From positions 106,048 through 170,047 of the forward strand of contig QZKH01000003.1 in NCBI GenBank assembly GCA_003598025.1: a stretch of DNA of 64,000 nt. Direction: 5' to 3'. A model generated the notes under the pieces. That model was not told the origin of the DNA and searched no databases. It worked only from the letters and a program-made list of their open reading frames with translations. This DNA is from Candidatus Omnitrophota bacterium. GTDB taxonomy: Bacteria > Omnitrophota > Gorgyraeia > Gygaellales > Profunditerraquicolaceae. A program made the translations under genes and the position numbers. This document shows positions 46,244 through 56,250 of this stretch, one piece after another (position 1 is the first letter of the stretch; each line of letters opens with the position of its first letter).

Positions 46244-46486
46244 TTACTTTTTGTATATATACCCTTTATTATTCTCTTCTATCTTCTTTTGGATTTGTTC
46301 TTTTGTGTATTTTGCTTTATTAGGGTTCTTGATGACTTTGGCTTTCGGGCAAGTCACTTCAATCCTGGCTCCTTTGCATTTCTTTGAAGACTTTTGTTTG
46401 TTTTTTGCCAATACGATATCGTTTGTATTTAGGATGAATAGAAAAGAAAAAAACATAATCAAAACAAAATTAATTTTCCGCATCAA
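46244..46486 (-). CDS. Small basic secreted hypothetical protein
   Basis: Signal-like N-terminus, Lys-rich; overlaps the upstream stop. Confidence 0.5.
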   Translation of the reverse strand: MMRKINFVLIMFFSFLFILNTNDIVLAKNKQKSSKKCKGARIEVTCPKAKVIKNPNKAKYTKEQIQKKIEENNKGYIYKK

Positions 46487-47288
46487 TTCTCCTTTTTAAT
46501 TTATTATTCATTATTTGGCTAACAGTCAGGTTATTCTTGCCCTGAGGGTCATTTTCACTGATAAATTTAAACCATTCTTCAATAACCCCGGGATTCTCAT
46601 CAAAATTAAAAACATGAGTTACTACTCCAAAGACTTGATCACCTTTAAAGGCGTTATAGATCTTTTTTAATTTTACCAGGTTAATTTTGCCTCCTAAGAA
46701 TCCGTATCCTAAGGTATAGACCGTTGTTCCCTTTATAATGCTTTTTACTGGCGCGCTTACCGCATTATTTGCTACAAAGCCTTCTGTCCTATAAGGCACC
46801 CCCTGTACCCAGTCATTAATATCCGGGTTACCAAGCGTATTGATTTTTAAAGGGTAAGCAAGCCGGTTTAATATATCAGCATAATCTTGCATGGTGCCTT
46901 TGAATCTTGGATCGTTAAATTTGTTTTTATCATCACTATAGCCATCCCAAGTATACTTATGCGTTGCCGGATGGTGGTGTCCTGCAATTTCGTGGCCATT
47001 GTTTTGCCAGGAACGCAAACGTGATAATTTTTGTTTATCTGATAATATCATGTTTGCCCATTGAGGAGTAAATTCAATGGTTAATTTTATCTTATAAGTA
47101 TCAGCAAGTTGTACAAACGAACACAAAGTCTCAAACATCCTGTTAAATGCTGTTGTCGGCTCGCAGTGCACTGCGAAGAAATGCAAGGGGATACTTTTGG
47201 TTTCTTTTGCCGCAAGGACTTTAACAGGGTAAATTAAGATTAACGCAAATACCAGTGTGTAAATAATTGGTTTAAGGTATGTTTTCAT
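46470..47288 (-). CDS. Secreted polysaccharide-deacetylase-like (NodB-fold) hypothetical protein
   Basis: Signal peptide; HCEP, KLT..FTP, GHEI..HHH. Confidence 0.5.
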   Translation of the reverse strand: MKTYLKPIIYTLVFALILIYPVKVLAAKETKSIPLHFFAVHCEPTTAFNRMFETLCSFVQLADTYKIKLTIEFTPQWANMILSDKQKLSRLRSWQNNGHEIAGHHHPATHKYTWDGYSDDKNKFNDPRFKGTMQDYADILNRLAYPLKINTLGNPDINDWVQGVPYRTEGFVANNAVSAPVKSIIKGTTVYTLGYGFLGGKINLVKLKKIYNAFKGDQVFGVVTHVFNFDENPGVIEEWFKFISENDPQGKNNLTVSQIMNNKLKRRIDAEN

Positions 47289-47292
47289 TATT

Positions 47293-47498
47293 ATCAGCTT
47301 TCAGTCATCAGCGTTCAGCAAGCTGTGGTCTGTGGACCGTGGTCTGTAAACTAATAGATGCTCGATTCTAGATACTAGATTCTCGATACGCCGTACGCAA
47401 TACGCATAACGCAATATTTGTGTCTTTGTGACTTTGTGTCTTTGTGACCAGATACTTTATCTATTTCTATGAACTATGAACCATCAGCTATGAACTAA
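47293..47498 (-). repeat. Most complete composite repeat element (six modules)
   Basis: + strand: (TCAGCNN)n-agcaagctgtggtc-(CYGTGGW)n-(CTMGATW)n-(TACGCAA)n-(TTTGTGWC)n-agatactttatctat-(CTATGAA)n. Confidence 0.92.
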
Positions 47499-47499
47499 C

Positions 47500-47916
47500 C
47501 TACTCCCCTATTATCTTTATTAATACCCTTTTCTTTCTTTTTCCGTCAAACTCCCCATAAAATGCCTGTTCCCAGGGGCCAAAATCGAGTTTCCCTTTGG
47601 TTACCGCAATGACTATCTCTCTACCCATAATTGTTCTTTTTAAATGGGCATCGGCATTATCTTCACCTGTCAGGTTATGATTATATCTGGATGGATCATG
47701 AGGAGCAAGCTTCTCAAGCCATGAGGAAAAATCTTTGTGCAGGCCCTCTTCATCGTCATTAATAAATACGCTTGAAGTGATATGCATTGCGTTGACAAGG
47801 CAAAAGCCTTCCTGAATTTTACTTTTTTTAAGGGCAGATTCTATTTGGGGAGTGATATTTATGAATGCGATGCGTTCAGGAGTATTAAACAAAAGATGCT
47901 CACTGTAGCTTTTCAT
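47500..47916 (-). CDS. yjbQ: YjbQ family (UPF0047) protein
   Basis: [32 protein letters not shown]. Confidence 0.92.
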   Translation of the reverse strand: MKSYSEHLLFNTPERIAFINITPQIESALKKSKIQEGFCLVNAMHITSSVFINDDEEGLHKDFSSWLEKLAPHDPSRYNHNLTGEDNADAHLKRTIMGREIVIAVTKGKLDFGPWEQAFYGEFDGKRKKRVLIKIIGE

Positions 47917-48538
47917 CTTCAGGGGGCGTTTCTTTTTTATGATGTTTAGGGTTTATTATTCCTCCGGAAATAATAAGCTGCATAGCATCTTTTATAGATA
48001 TGTCCGTGTTCACGACTTCGGCTCTAGGGATTAATGCATAGAACCCGGATGTAGGGTTAGGAGAAAACGGTATATAGATACCTATTAAATCAGGGCCGAT
48101 TTTATTATCCGCTTCATCCATGCCATCGTTTGTAATAAATCCAATCATCCATGTGCCTTTTTTCGGGTATTCGACCAAAACGGTCTTCTTAAACTTCTCC
48201 TTCTTGGAGGAGAACATGAATTCAGTGATCATTTTTATTGCAGGATAAATCTGGTTGATTAGCGGGAACCTTTTTATTATTCTTCCGAAAGCGCGGATAA
48301 AAAGCTTGCCTATAAATATTTTGCTTAAGAAGCCAGCGAACGTTACGATTGCAATAAATATAAGTATGCCCAATCCGGGTATATATATTCCGAAGGTATT
48401 ATTTAAATAGTTGCTTATATATTTACCGGTAGTATTATCAATGAAATGGAATAAAGCCAGAATTATATAAATGGTTAAAAATAGCGGAAGAGTTATTAAA
48501 AGGCCTGCGAAGAAGTAGTTCTTTATCCTTTTTAGCAT
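47900..48538 (-). CDS. DUF502 membrane protein
   Basis: GL...LP...T, P.I..IY..IK, VLVEYP..G.W.IGF.T, YIP.SPNPTSG, ISGG. Confidence 0.9.
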   Translation of the reverse strand: MLKRIKNYFFAGLLITLPLFLTIYIILALFHFIDNTTGKYISNYLNNTFGIYIPGLGILIFIAIVTFAGFLSKIFIGKLFIRAFGRIIKRFPLINQIYPAIKMITEFMFSSKKEKFKKTVLVEYPKKGTWMIGFITNDGMDEADNKIGPDLIGIYIPFSPNPTSGFYALIPRAEVVNTDISIKDAMQLIISGGIINPKHHKKETPPEDEKLQ

Positions 48539-48548
48539 AGTTTAAACT

Positions 48549-49523
48549 TTAGCCAAGTATATGCCTGGCCATACTGATCACGTCTTTAATATACTTTATG
48601 TTATTAGGTATGTAGCAGCCTGCTATATCGAAATGCCCCCCTCCCCCATATTTCTCGGCAATTGAGGCTATATTCAGCCTGCCTTTTGAGCGCAGGCTAA
48701 CGCGCAGGTGCTTTTTGTTTTTCTCACGGAACAAAATCGCGATTTCGACTTCCTGTATTGAGCGGATCTCATCGGCGACAGTATCTACGTCTTCATCGCT
48801 GCCGTCAACCATCTCAAAATCTTTCTTCCTGATTATTGACCATGCAAGGCTGCCGTTTTTAAGGAACTTGCATCTTTTCATGCATATGCCGCTTAATATT
48901 ACTGATTGGCGGGTCCGTGACCAATAAACTGTTTCGGCTAATTTATGGAAATCTACGTTTTTCTTTATGAGGTCAGTACAAATCTCAAAAGTAAGGGGTT
49001 TTACCGTAGGCAGCCTGAAGGAATTGGTTTCTACGATTATGGAAGTAAGCAAGTTGTGGGCGATATCTTTGGTGATTCCTACTCTTAATTTTTTGAGCAG
49101 CTGGTATATTAATTCTCCTACGGCGGCGGATTTTTTATCAATAAGCGCAATTGTCCCAAATGGGCGCCTGAATTCATGATGGTCAATCTCAAGGACTTCT
49201 TTTGCCGACCTAAAACTTCGCCCATATGTTTTTCCTAATATTTCTTTATTGCTGCAGTCTACCGCAATCGCCAAATCAGGCTGTTCGTTTATTTTATTTT
49301 TAATACGCGATGCCCCGGGCAATGAACGGTAACGCTTGGGGACGCCATCAGAGCTAATGAGATGGACTTTTTTACCAAGCTTCTCTATCCCTAAACCCAG
49401 GGCCAGAAGAGAGCCTATTGAGTCTCCATCCGGGTTAATATGGCTGGCTATAGCAATATTACTCGACCTTAAGATCGCGTCTTTTACTCTTCTGTAATCT
49501 GTTATTACGTTAAAGCTAGTCAT
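48549..49523 (-). CDS. nrnA: DHH/DHHA1 phosphoesterase (NrnA-like)
   Basis: H.NPDGD..GS, IDHH, VSLRS, GGGGH..AG. Confidence 0.88.
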   Translation of the reverse strand: MTSFNVITDYRRVKDAILRSSNIAIASHINPDGDSIGSLLALGLGIEKLGKKVHLISSDGVPKRYRSLPGASRIKNKINEQPDLAIAVDCSNKEILGKTYGRSFRSAKEVLEIDHHEFRRPFGTIALIDKKSAAVGELIYQLLKKLRVGITKDIAHNLLTSIIVETNSFRLPTVKPLTFEICTDLIKKNVDFHKLAETVYWSRTRQSVILSGICMKRCKFLKNGSLAWSIIRKKDFEMVDGSDEDVDTVADEIRSIQEVEIAILFREKNKKHLRVSLRSKGRLNIASIAEKYGGGGHFDIAGCYIPNNIKYIKDVISMARHILG

Positions 49524-49620
49524 GATCTTATTTTAGTCTAATAAACTATTTTTTTCAATTAAAATATAGGGGTATAAAATTGCAGGGTTTAGGGCTTGTC
49601 TATCAGGAAACAACGAGAAC

Positions 49621-49662
49621 AAAAAAAGAGCTGCCTGTTTTATAATCAGGCAGCTCTTTTTT
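49621..49662. terminator. Bidirectional Rho-independent terminator
   Basis: aaaaaaagagctgcctg-ttttataat-caggcagctctttttt. Confidence 0.85.
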
Positions 49663-49673
49663 CCTAATACAGA

Positions 49674-49997
49674 TTAATCCCCGTATACGGTTGTCGTATA
49701 CTCTCCGTAAACACCTAGGATATTCTTTGCGTCGTAATCAACATATTTTATCTTGGTGATCCTGCCATTTGCCATAGCCGCCTTGATACTGGCATCACCT
49801 GTGGCTACCAATCCTAATATTGATGTAGCTTTGGAAGTACCGACCTTGCTGTACGAACCAACGTCAACACCTGTAGCAACAGGAGCTTTTACCTCGGTAT
49901 AAAGTATACCAGTGGGTAAAACGCTGGCGCAGCCAGCCAACAATGAGGCTGAAAATATTACTACTACCATAATTATCAACCCTTTTTTCATATGCAC
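49674..49997 (-). CDS. TRL-like family lipoprotein
   Basis: Lipobox LAGC; K.G...A.SILGL.A.GDASI.AA...G.I.KI..VD. Confidence 0.8.
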   Translation of the reverse strand: MHMKKGLIIMVVVIFSASLLAGCASVLPTGILYTEVKAPVATGVDVGSYSKVGTSKATSILGLVATGDASIKAAMANGRITKIKYVDYDAKNILGVYGEYTTTVYGD

Positions 49998-50044
49998 CTC
50001 CTTCCTATTAATTCTAATACAAAAAACTTAAAATAAAAGCATTT

Positions 50045-50563
50045 TTATATATTTTTTCCCGCTTTTTTTTGTGTTAAATAACGGTTTAATTTTAGTATTA
50101 TGAGAGTAATAAAATAGGTTATAATGCCAAGGGCCAATGCCATTATAAGATAGCCTATTACTACAGGTATGGCTATTTTTATAATGGACATCTTAAACAA
50201 ATCTGCTAAATGGAAAGTCTTTAGAAAATAGACCCAGTCATAATAAATATTTTCCCATTGTAATCCGAGAAGTGCCGCCCCGACTTTTATGGAGAGAATA
50301 AAAGTTAAAAGGCTTAACCATGTATTGGTAAGCAGTACTCCTAACAGTGCGCTTGCGCGGTTTGCCCTTAAGATAACTGCAATAAAAATAGCAGTTAACG
50401 GGCCTATGGTCGGTGTTAACCCGGCAAACACCCCTATTCCCAGCCCAAGGGCGATTTTTTCCGGCGAATCATTTATTTTAAATATTTTACTATATAATGC
50501 CTGCCATAGATCCAGTAAGCTTCTTTTTTCTTTGCTCTTGTTATTTTGATTGTCCATTATCAA
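50045..50563 (-). CDS. DUF2062 membrane protein
   Basis: DSP..IA.G..IGVF.G..P, RAN. Confidence 0.8.
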   Translation of the reverse strand: MIMDNQNNKSKEKRSLLDLWQALYSKIFKINDSPEKIALGLGIGVFAGLTPTIGPLTAIFIAVILRANRASALLGVLLTNTWLSLLTFILSIKVGAALLGLQWENIYYDWVYFLKTFHLADLFKMSIIKIAIPVVIGYLIMALALGIITYFITLIILKLNRYLTQKKAGKNI

Positions 50564-51509
50564 TTGACTCTATGTTTGTTCCCAGGAATTCTTGGCTACT
50601 TGAGTTTTCCTGGATCCAGCCATTATGTAATCCGTATTTATGCATGATCTCTTCTGCGTATACATATTCTTCTGGGCTGAGGCCTTTTGACAATTCTACA
50701 TATTCATTTGCTTTATAGCAAGGAGTATATTGGCTCATGAGGCTTACAAATAATTCAGAGGACACATCTTTACTTATAAAACGCATGACTTCTTCGGTGC
50801 CGGATATGTTGTCCGGAAGAACAAGGTGCCTTACGATTACCCCTTTTTTTATTATTCCTGCTGAATCTAATTCTACGTTTCCTACTTGCCTGAACATCTC
50901 CTTAAGCGATTCCCTGTTATAATGAGTATAATTTCTTGCGTTGGAATATTTCGATGCTTGGGAATCATCTCCGTAACGCATATCGGTTAAGTAAATATCA
51001 ATAATTCCGTCGAGCAATTCTATCATCTCAGGTAACTCATATCCGCTGGTATTATAGATTATAGGGATATTCAGGCCGTTATCTACCGCTATATTTAAGG
51101 CCATAAGGATTTGGGGCATTACATGAGTCGGGGTCACAAGATTTATGTTGTGGCAGCCAAGTGTCTGTAATTTTAACATAAACTCGGCAAGATCCCCGGG
51201 CGTAACAGGTTTACCGCTTTCATTTTGGCTGAATTTATAATTTTGGCAATATACACATTGTAAGTTACATCGGGAAAAAAATACTGTCCCTGAGCCTCTA
51301 TCGCCTGATATGGGAGGCTCTTCGCCGTAATGAGGCAGATAGCTATGGACTAATGCCGATAATCCGGTTTTACAGAAGCCCTTCTGATCCTTGCATCTGT
51401 TAACTTTGCATATACGCGGACAAATTGAGCATGATCCTAACAACCGGTAAGCATGCCGGCAAGCTTTGTCTATTAAAGATTTCTTATCTAAGTTTTTATG
51501 CTTAAACAT
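50541..51509 (-). CDS. Radical SAM protein (PflX-like)
   Basis: C..CPR.C.VNR, H.GEEPPISG..GSGT.FF, CNL.C.YCQN, VRHLVLP. Confidence 0.9.
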   Translation of the reverse strand: MFKHKNLDKKSLIDKACRHAYRLLGSCSICPRICKVNRCKDQKGFCKTGLSALVHSYLPHYGEEPPISGDRGSGTVFFSRCNLQCVYCQNYKFSQNESGKPVTPGDLAEFMLKLQTLGCHNINLVTPTHVMPQILMALNIAVDNGLNIPIIYNTSGYELPEMIELLDGIIDIYLTDMRYGDDSQASKYSNARNYTHYNRESLKEMFRQVGNVELDSAGIIKKGVIVRHLVLPDNISGTEEVMRFISKDVSSELFVSLMSQYTPCYKANEYVELSKGLSPEEYVYAEEIMHKYGLHNGWIQENSSSQEFLGTNIESIDNGQSK

Positions 51510-52026
51510 AAGATTGGCCGGATAAAATACTTCTCATGTCTTTAAATATTTGAGCATATTCAGTTGTCCTGTAATCAGGGTAAGTCCATGGCAATGGCAT
51601 GAATGTCTTATTGATATATTGCAGGGTTAATTCTGCGAAAATGCCTTTATCCAGATATATCCGGTGGCTGAAGTCTTTAGTTGAGGCCAGGATCACTTTT
51701 GCCAGGGTAAGATATCCAGGGTCTACATTAACTCTTCTTTTACCCAGGGTAGAGAATTTATGTTCAATTTTATTTGTCAGTATTTTTATTTTTGCCAGCT
51801 CGTTCGGTTTTATCAACCTTTTAAAACTAAAGAATACTCTTAAAAGCCCATCACCCATCTCTTCCTCGTAGTAATCCGTATAATCAAATTTAAGGGCAGA
51901 GCTTGCATAATCGATTTTACCGAATTTGGAAATTAATATTTTGCGAAGGCAGTCAAAGTCGTTGACATTTTTGTAAAGAATACCAGTAAACATTTTTACC
52001 GGATTCGCTGGCGCAGTCTTGCCCAT
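51502..52026 (-). CDS. DUF4416 family protein
   Basis: YY..EMG..L.R, IK..TN..E, R.VN.DPGY, LASTK...HRIY, WTYPDY. Confidence 0.88.
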   Translation of the reverse strand: MGKTAPANPVKMFTGILYKNVNDFDCLRKILISKFGKIDYASSALKFDYTDYYEEEMGDGLLRVFFSFKRLIKPNELAKIKILTNKIEHKFSTLGKRRVNVDPGYLTLAKVILASTKDFSHRIYLDKGIFAELTLQYINKTFMPLPWTYPDYRTTEYAQIFKDMRSILSGQSYV

Positions 52027-52046
52027 TTGACAATTAGAAGGTTTGG

Positions 52047-52409
52047 TTATGAAGGGTTTGAATAGAAATGGCTTAGGTACTCTGAAATCTTTTTCTTCTG
52101 CTCATCTTTTATGTCATTGAAGAAAATAGCGATTTTAAAACCGCCATTAGTGTCGTCTTCTGTCCTGACTATAACCCCGGTGCATTTAAGAGGAGCATTC
52201 TTCTTAAGCCGTTTATTTCCTGGGGGCAGGGATATATCTACGGCCACTTTAGTAAATGGAGGGATATATTTATCAACGTGGCAATATGCGCCTATACAGC
52301 TTACGTTTTCAGTACTGGTAGCAAAATCATAACCGTTTGCAATGACTCTAAACGGTAATGTTGCCGTAACGCGCGGGTATTGCCTTCTTTCTTTGCCTGT
52401 TTTATTCAT
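52047..52409 (-). CDS. PilZ domain protein
   Basis: ERR.YPR and N.S..G motifs. Confidence 0.82.
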   Translation of the reverse strand: MNKTGKERRQYPRVTATLPFRVIANGYDFATSTENVSCIGAYCHVDKYIPPFTKVAVDISLPPGNKRLKKNAPLKCTGVIVRTEDDTNGGFKIAIFFNDIKDEQKKKISEYLSHFYSNPS

Positions 52410-52591
52410 TATTCAGCTTTATTGCCTTTTTCTTTTGATTTCGCTAAATACTTTTTCCAGCATTTCTTTGTGCAGTAATATTTTCCGTCGCGGTAATAAC
52501 GCCTTATTTTTTTAATCGGTTTTCCGCAGCCTAAACAGTTAGTTTGTTTTTCAACTGCGGGCGCTTCCTGGGTATTTGCTTCTGCTGCCAT
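52409..52591 (-). CDS. Small Cys-rich (TRASH-like) protein
   Basis: C..CGK.I.....Y...GKYYC...CW. Confidence 0.65.
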   Translation of the reverse strand: MAAEANTQEAPAVEKQTNCLGCGKPIKKIRRYYRDGKYYCTKKCWKKYLAKSKEKGNKAE

Positions 52592-52607
52592 TTCTTTTAC
52601 CTTTCTT

Positions 52608-52952
52608 TTAAGCTATAACTGTTTCTAGTTGTATGAAATCCTTGATAAAATTCCTTTGTTTTAATTCTATTTCCTGAAATTCCACCCCTACGTTGTAATT
52701 ATTTGAATGTGGTATAGGGTTAGACCAGGCAACTCTTCCTACCGGATTGATCGCGCTTGATAATATCCTGGTCTCCAGCATTAGGTTCGAAGAAGGCGCA
52801 ATAAACCTGTCGCTTAAAAAGCGTATGCCCCCCGCGCTTATATCTTTTAAAGTTGCAGTATAAATGCGGGGAGAACCTCTTATTGCGAATTTCAAGGGAG
52901 CATTAAGATCAATGCGAGGAAATTGCCTCTTATTAATTTTAACAGTCTCCAT
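52608..52952 (-). CDS. PilZ domain protein
   Basis: KR.FPR, DIS.GG, G.VAW, GVEF; start moved to ATG 52952. Confidence 0.85.
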   Translation of the reverse strand: METVKINKRQFPRIDLNAPLKFAIRGSPRIYTATLKDISAGGIRFLSDRFIAPSSNLMLETRILSSAINPVGRVAWSNPIPHSNNYNVGVEFQEIELKQRNFIKDFIQLETVIA

Positions 52953-52996
52953 TTTTATGTTTGGAGGAACCGTGGCTTTTCCTCTTATTAAGCAAA

Positions 52997-53025
52997 AATA
53001 TATCATATAAGTGATGGTATGTCAA
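52997..53025 (-). promoter_or_regulatory. sigma-70 promoter TTGACA-17-TATATT
   Basis: Minus-strand hexamers with 17-bp spacing upstream of the PilZ operon. Confidence 0.65.
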
Positions 53026-53028
53026 TAG

Positions 53029-53107
53029 TTTAGTTCATTGTTCATGGTTCAGAGTTCATAGACATACAGCTGTGCTATGAACCTTGAACTATCAACCTTG
53101 AACTAAA
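53029..53107. repeat. Inverted heptamer hairpin element between divergent promoters
   Basis: tttagttcattgttcatggttcagagttcatag ... ctatgaaccttgaactatcaaccttgaactaaa. Confidence 0.9.
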
Positions 53108-53156
53108 CCTGATTTACTTTTTTTTAATTTCTGCTATAATTACATTGAGGTGTAAA

Positions 53157-53978
53157 ATGTATTGTGAATTTTATAATCTGAAAGAGCTCCCTTTCAATGT
53201 AACATCGGACCCTTCTTTTTTCTTCCTGAGCTCAAAGCATAAAGAGGCCCTCTCTCACCTTCTGTACGGAGTTTCTCAGCGTAAAGGTATAATGGTTGTG
53301 ACTGGCGAAATTGGCACAGGCAAGACTACTCTTTGCAGGTATTTTCTTAACCAGCTGATGAATAATGTAAAGACAGCTTTAATATTAAATCCTTATTTCT
53401 CTCAAATGCAGCTTCTGGAAGCCATACTTAAAGATTTTGGTGTTAACCCGCGCGGCAGGACAAAGTTTTCTATGATCTGGGAATTAAATGATTTTTTAAT
53501 CAAAGAATCTGAATCCGGCAATAACGTTGTCTTAATAATCGATGAGGCGCAGAATTTAAAACCTCAGGCCCTTGAGCAGATCCGCCTTCTATCTAATCTT
53601 GAGACAGAAAAAGACAAATTGCTTCAGATTATATTAGTCGGACAGCCCGAATTAAATGATAAGCTTGAGCTTTATAATTTAAGGCAGCTGCAGCAAAGGA
53701 TCGTTGTCAGGTATCATATCAAGCCTTTAGATAAAGATGAAGTCGGAAGTTATATTGAGCATAGGCTGAAACTTTGCGGCGATCAACATAAGGTTAGCTT
53801 TAATGAAGACGCAATCAAGCATATCACTGATTTTTCTGCAGGTACCCCCCGTCTTATAAATATACTATGTGACCGTGCTCTGCTTGCCGGATTTGCTTCT
53901 GAATCATACATGATTGATGAAGGTATTATAAAAAGATGCGTAGATGAACTGGACAAATACTTCAAAGCTTACAGATAA
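53157..53978 (+). CDS. ExeA/GspA-like AAA ATPase (second paralog)
   Basis: PF..T.DP.F, GEIGTGKTT, IDEAQNL, GQPEL, G.PRLIN.LCDR.L; ATG 53157 after SD gaggtg. Confidence 0.9.
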   Translation: MYCEFYNLKELPFNVTSDPSFFFLSSKHKEALSHLLYGVSQRKGIMVVTGEIGTGKTTLCRYFLNQLMNNVKTALILNPYFSQMQLLEAILKDFGVNPRGRTKFSMIWELNDFLIKESESGNNVVLIIDEAQNLKPQALEQIRLLSNLETEKDKLLQIILVGQPELNDKLELYNLRQLQQRIVVRYHIKPLDKDEVGSYIEHRLKLCGDQHKVSFNEDAIKHITDFSAGTPRLINILCDRALLAGFASESYMIDEGIIKRCVDELDKYFKAYR

Positions 53979-54535
53979 TGAGCATAATCTATGACGCTTT
54001 AAAAAAACTTGAAGGTAGAAGGGTCAGGCCTAAAAAAGACCCTCTTGCTGATATCTCTGCCGATAAGCTTACTGCAAATCAAACCGAAAATAAAGAGCAA
54101 AAGAAAAAGAACTTTAAGCTTAAAAGTGCGGCGATATATATCTTTGTGGTTATTTTCGGGTTCATTTCAGCAAAGCTGATATTCAATTATTTTCCTTCGT
54201 TCTGGAATAATTATGGCAGGAGCAAGCCAAAGGAACGCATTGAATTGATTAATGTTACCGCAACGGATGCAGCCAAGCCTGCACAGCAAATCTTGCCTAA
54301 AGATACCGCACCATCCACTATTGCCGGCCAGCAGAAACGATACGAAAAAGCCCCCGAGTTAGAATTAAACGGCATATTTTATTCAGAAGACGAAAGTTAC
54401 GCGCTGGTAAATAACCAGATCGTTAAGGCCGGAGATAATATCGACGGTGTTGATATTGTGGAGATAAACGAGAATAATGTTAAGGTGAGGTTCGGCGACA
54501 GGGATTTGATTCTCGATAATACCAAGACAAAGTAA
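53978..54535 (+). CDS. ExeB/GspB-like protein
   Basis: MS.I.DALKK start, one TM, L.L.GI.Y.....ALVN...V..GD.I.G..I.EI....V. Confidence 0.75.
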   Translation: MSIIYDALKKLEGRRVRPKKDPLADISADKLTANQTENKEQKKKNFKLKSAAIYIFVVIFGFISAKLIFNYFPSFWNNYGRSKPKERIELINVTATDAAKPAQQILPKDTAPSTIAGQQKRYEKAPELELNGIFYSEDESYALVNNQIVKAGDNIDGVDIVEINENNVKVRFGDRDLILDNTKTK

Positions 54536-54550
54536 GGCTCTTCGGCTAAA

Positions 54551-55636
54551 TCAGTTTATTTGTTTTATCGCTTCTTTTATCAAAGCTAACCCGATATTTT
54601 TTACTACCACAGCTTTACCGATCCCCTTTATTAAAACAAACCGGTTTGTTTTACCCGAGAATTTCTTGTCGCTGTAGTGGGCTTTTATAATGCGGCTGGA
54701 AGGTACATTCTTAAGTTTCAGAGGAAGACCCGCTTTTCTTATTACAGATCTGATGGATTCAAATAACCCCTTACTTATAAAGCCTTTTTTATAGCTTATA
54801 TAACTTGAAGCTATCATACCCATTGCTACGGCTTCTCCATGGTTGTATTTTTTGAATTTGGATGCCGTTTCAATTGCATGCCCAATAGTATGGCCAAAAT
54901 TAAGGATAGTGCGTATGCCTTTTTCTTCTCTCTCGTCCTGTCCGACAATCTCTGCTTTTATTTTACTGCAACGAGATACCATGAATTCCAACGCTCCGGT
55001 ATCAAGGCGTTTTATATTAGAGGCATTGCTGTTTATATAGTTAAAAAGCGCCTTATCTTTTATGATAGAATATTTTATGATTTCAGATAAGCCGCTTTTG
55101 ACCTGTCTGCTTGTAAGTGATTTAAGGAATTTTATGTCGCTTAATACAAGCCGGGGCTGGTAAAATGCACCTACGAGATTCTTCCCCGATGTTAAATCTA
55201 CAGCTGTCTTACCGCCGATACTTGAATCTACTTGCGCAAGCAGGGTTGTAGGGACCTGAATATAGGGAATACCCCGTTTATAAATAGATGCGGCAAAACC
55301 GCTGACGTCTCCTATTACCCCGCCTCCCAAGGCTATTAAAAATGGTTTTCGTTTGATCCCGAATTTAGCAAGCCCAGCTATTATATTAGAAGCTATTTTT
55401 ATGGATTTGCTTTCTTCTGAATCCGGAATAAGCTTAAAGTCAAAATTAATCCCGCCCCTTTTTAAATTAGCCGCAATAGTTTTTCCGTAGAGCTTTTTTA
55501 CGCGCCTGTTAGTTATTATGTAGGCGTCTGTTCCTATGCCAAGTGTTTTTATCAGCCGTGACAGATAATTAATGGCACCTTTCCCGATTACAACTTTATA
55601 AGAGTGCTTATTGAGTTTTACGCCTACAATTTTCAT
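54551..55636 (-). CDS. aroB: 3-dehydroquinate synthase
   Basis: GGGVIGD..GF.AS.Y.RG, PTTLLAQVDSSIGGKT, LNFGHT.GHAIE, HGEAVA.GM; start at ATG 55636. Confidence 0.96.
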   Translation of the reverse strand: MKIVGVKLNKHSYKVVIGKGAINYLSRLIKTLGIGTDAYIITNRRVKKLYGKTIAANLKRGGINFDFKLIPDSEESKSIKIASNIIAGLAKFGIKRKPFLIALGGGVIGDVSGFAASIYKRGIPYIQVPTTLLAQVDSSIGGKTAVDLTSGKNLVGAFYQPRLVLSDIKFLKSLTSRQVKSGLSEIIKYSIIKDKALFNYINSNASNIKRLDTGALEFMVSRCSKIKAEIVGQDEREEKGIRTILNFGHTIGHAIETASKFKKYNHGEAVAMGMIASSYISYKKGFISKGLFESIRSVIRKAGLPLKLKNVPSSRIIKAHYSDKKFSGKTNRFVLIKGIGKAVVVKNIGLALIKEAIKQIN

Positions 55637-56250
55637 CAGATCCCTATTCCGAGAAGCCCGAGAACAAGATAAACAACAGGCCAGACCAGTATATTTAGTA
55701 TACCCATCCAAATAAGGGCAATTATAATTATAAAACCGAAAGGCTCGATTTGCGCATATTTTTCCGATAGCTGGTTGGGCAGTAATCCCATTATTATCCT
55801 TGAACCGTCCAAAGGAGGTATGGGTATAAGATTGAATATTCCCAGGACGACATTAATCAGGACGAACTGGCTGATTATAATGCTTAAAATATCGGGCATT
55901 GGCAGCAGCTTAAGTATAAAACTAAACAAAAAAGCCAATAGCAGGTTTGATAACGGCCCGCTTGCACCTACCCAAATAATATCTCTTTTAGGGTTACGCA
56001 GGGCCATAAAATTTATAGGTACAGGTTTGGCTGCGCCAAATACAAACCTCCCCTGAGTAGATATGAAAAGCATTAATGGCAGAAGGATCGTGCCGATAGG
56101 ATCTATGTGGGCAAGAGGGTTAAGCGTAAGCCTGCCGGAATATTTTGCAGTAGGGTCTCCCAGCTTATAAGCAACCCATCCATGAGAAAATTCATGGATA
56201 GTCATCGCAGGTATTAATATTGCAAAAGAAATCAGGAAAGTTAACAGCAT
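55636..56250 (-). CDS. Site-2 protease (M50) family protein
   Basis: HEFSH, GD.TA...GRLTLNPL.H.D, FNLIPIPPLDG. Confidence 0.93.
   Translation of the reverse strand: MLLTFLISFAILIPAMTIHEFSHGWVAYKLGDPTAKYSGRLTLNPLAHIDPIGTILLPLMLFISTQGRFVFGAAKPVPINFMALRNPKRDIIWVGASGPLSNLLLAFLFSFILKLLPMPDILSIIISQFVLINVVLGIFNLIPIPPLDGSRIIMGLLPNQLSEKYAQIEPFGFIIIIALIWMGILNILVWPVVYLVLGLLGIGI

Noticed and set aside
52955-52995. c-di-GMP-I riboswitch upstream of the PilZ genes (GGAAAAGCCACGG on the minus strand)
   Set aside because: The leader between promoter and start is too short and lacks the P1/P2 architecture; an Rfam scan would settle it.
382-53107. Integron attC interpretation of the hairpin elements
   Set aside because: The ends do not fit RYYYAAC...GTTRRRY, there is no integrase in the window, and flanking genes are often operonic or housekeeping.
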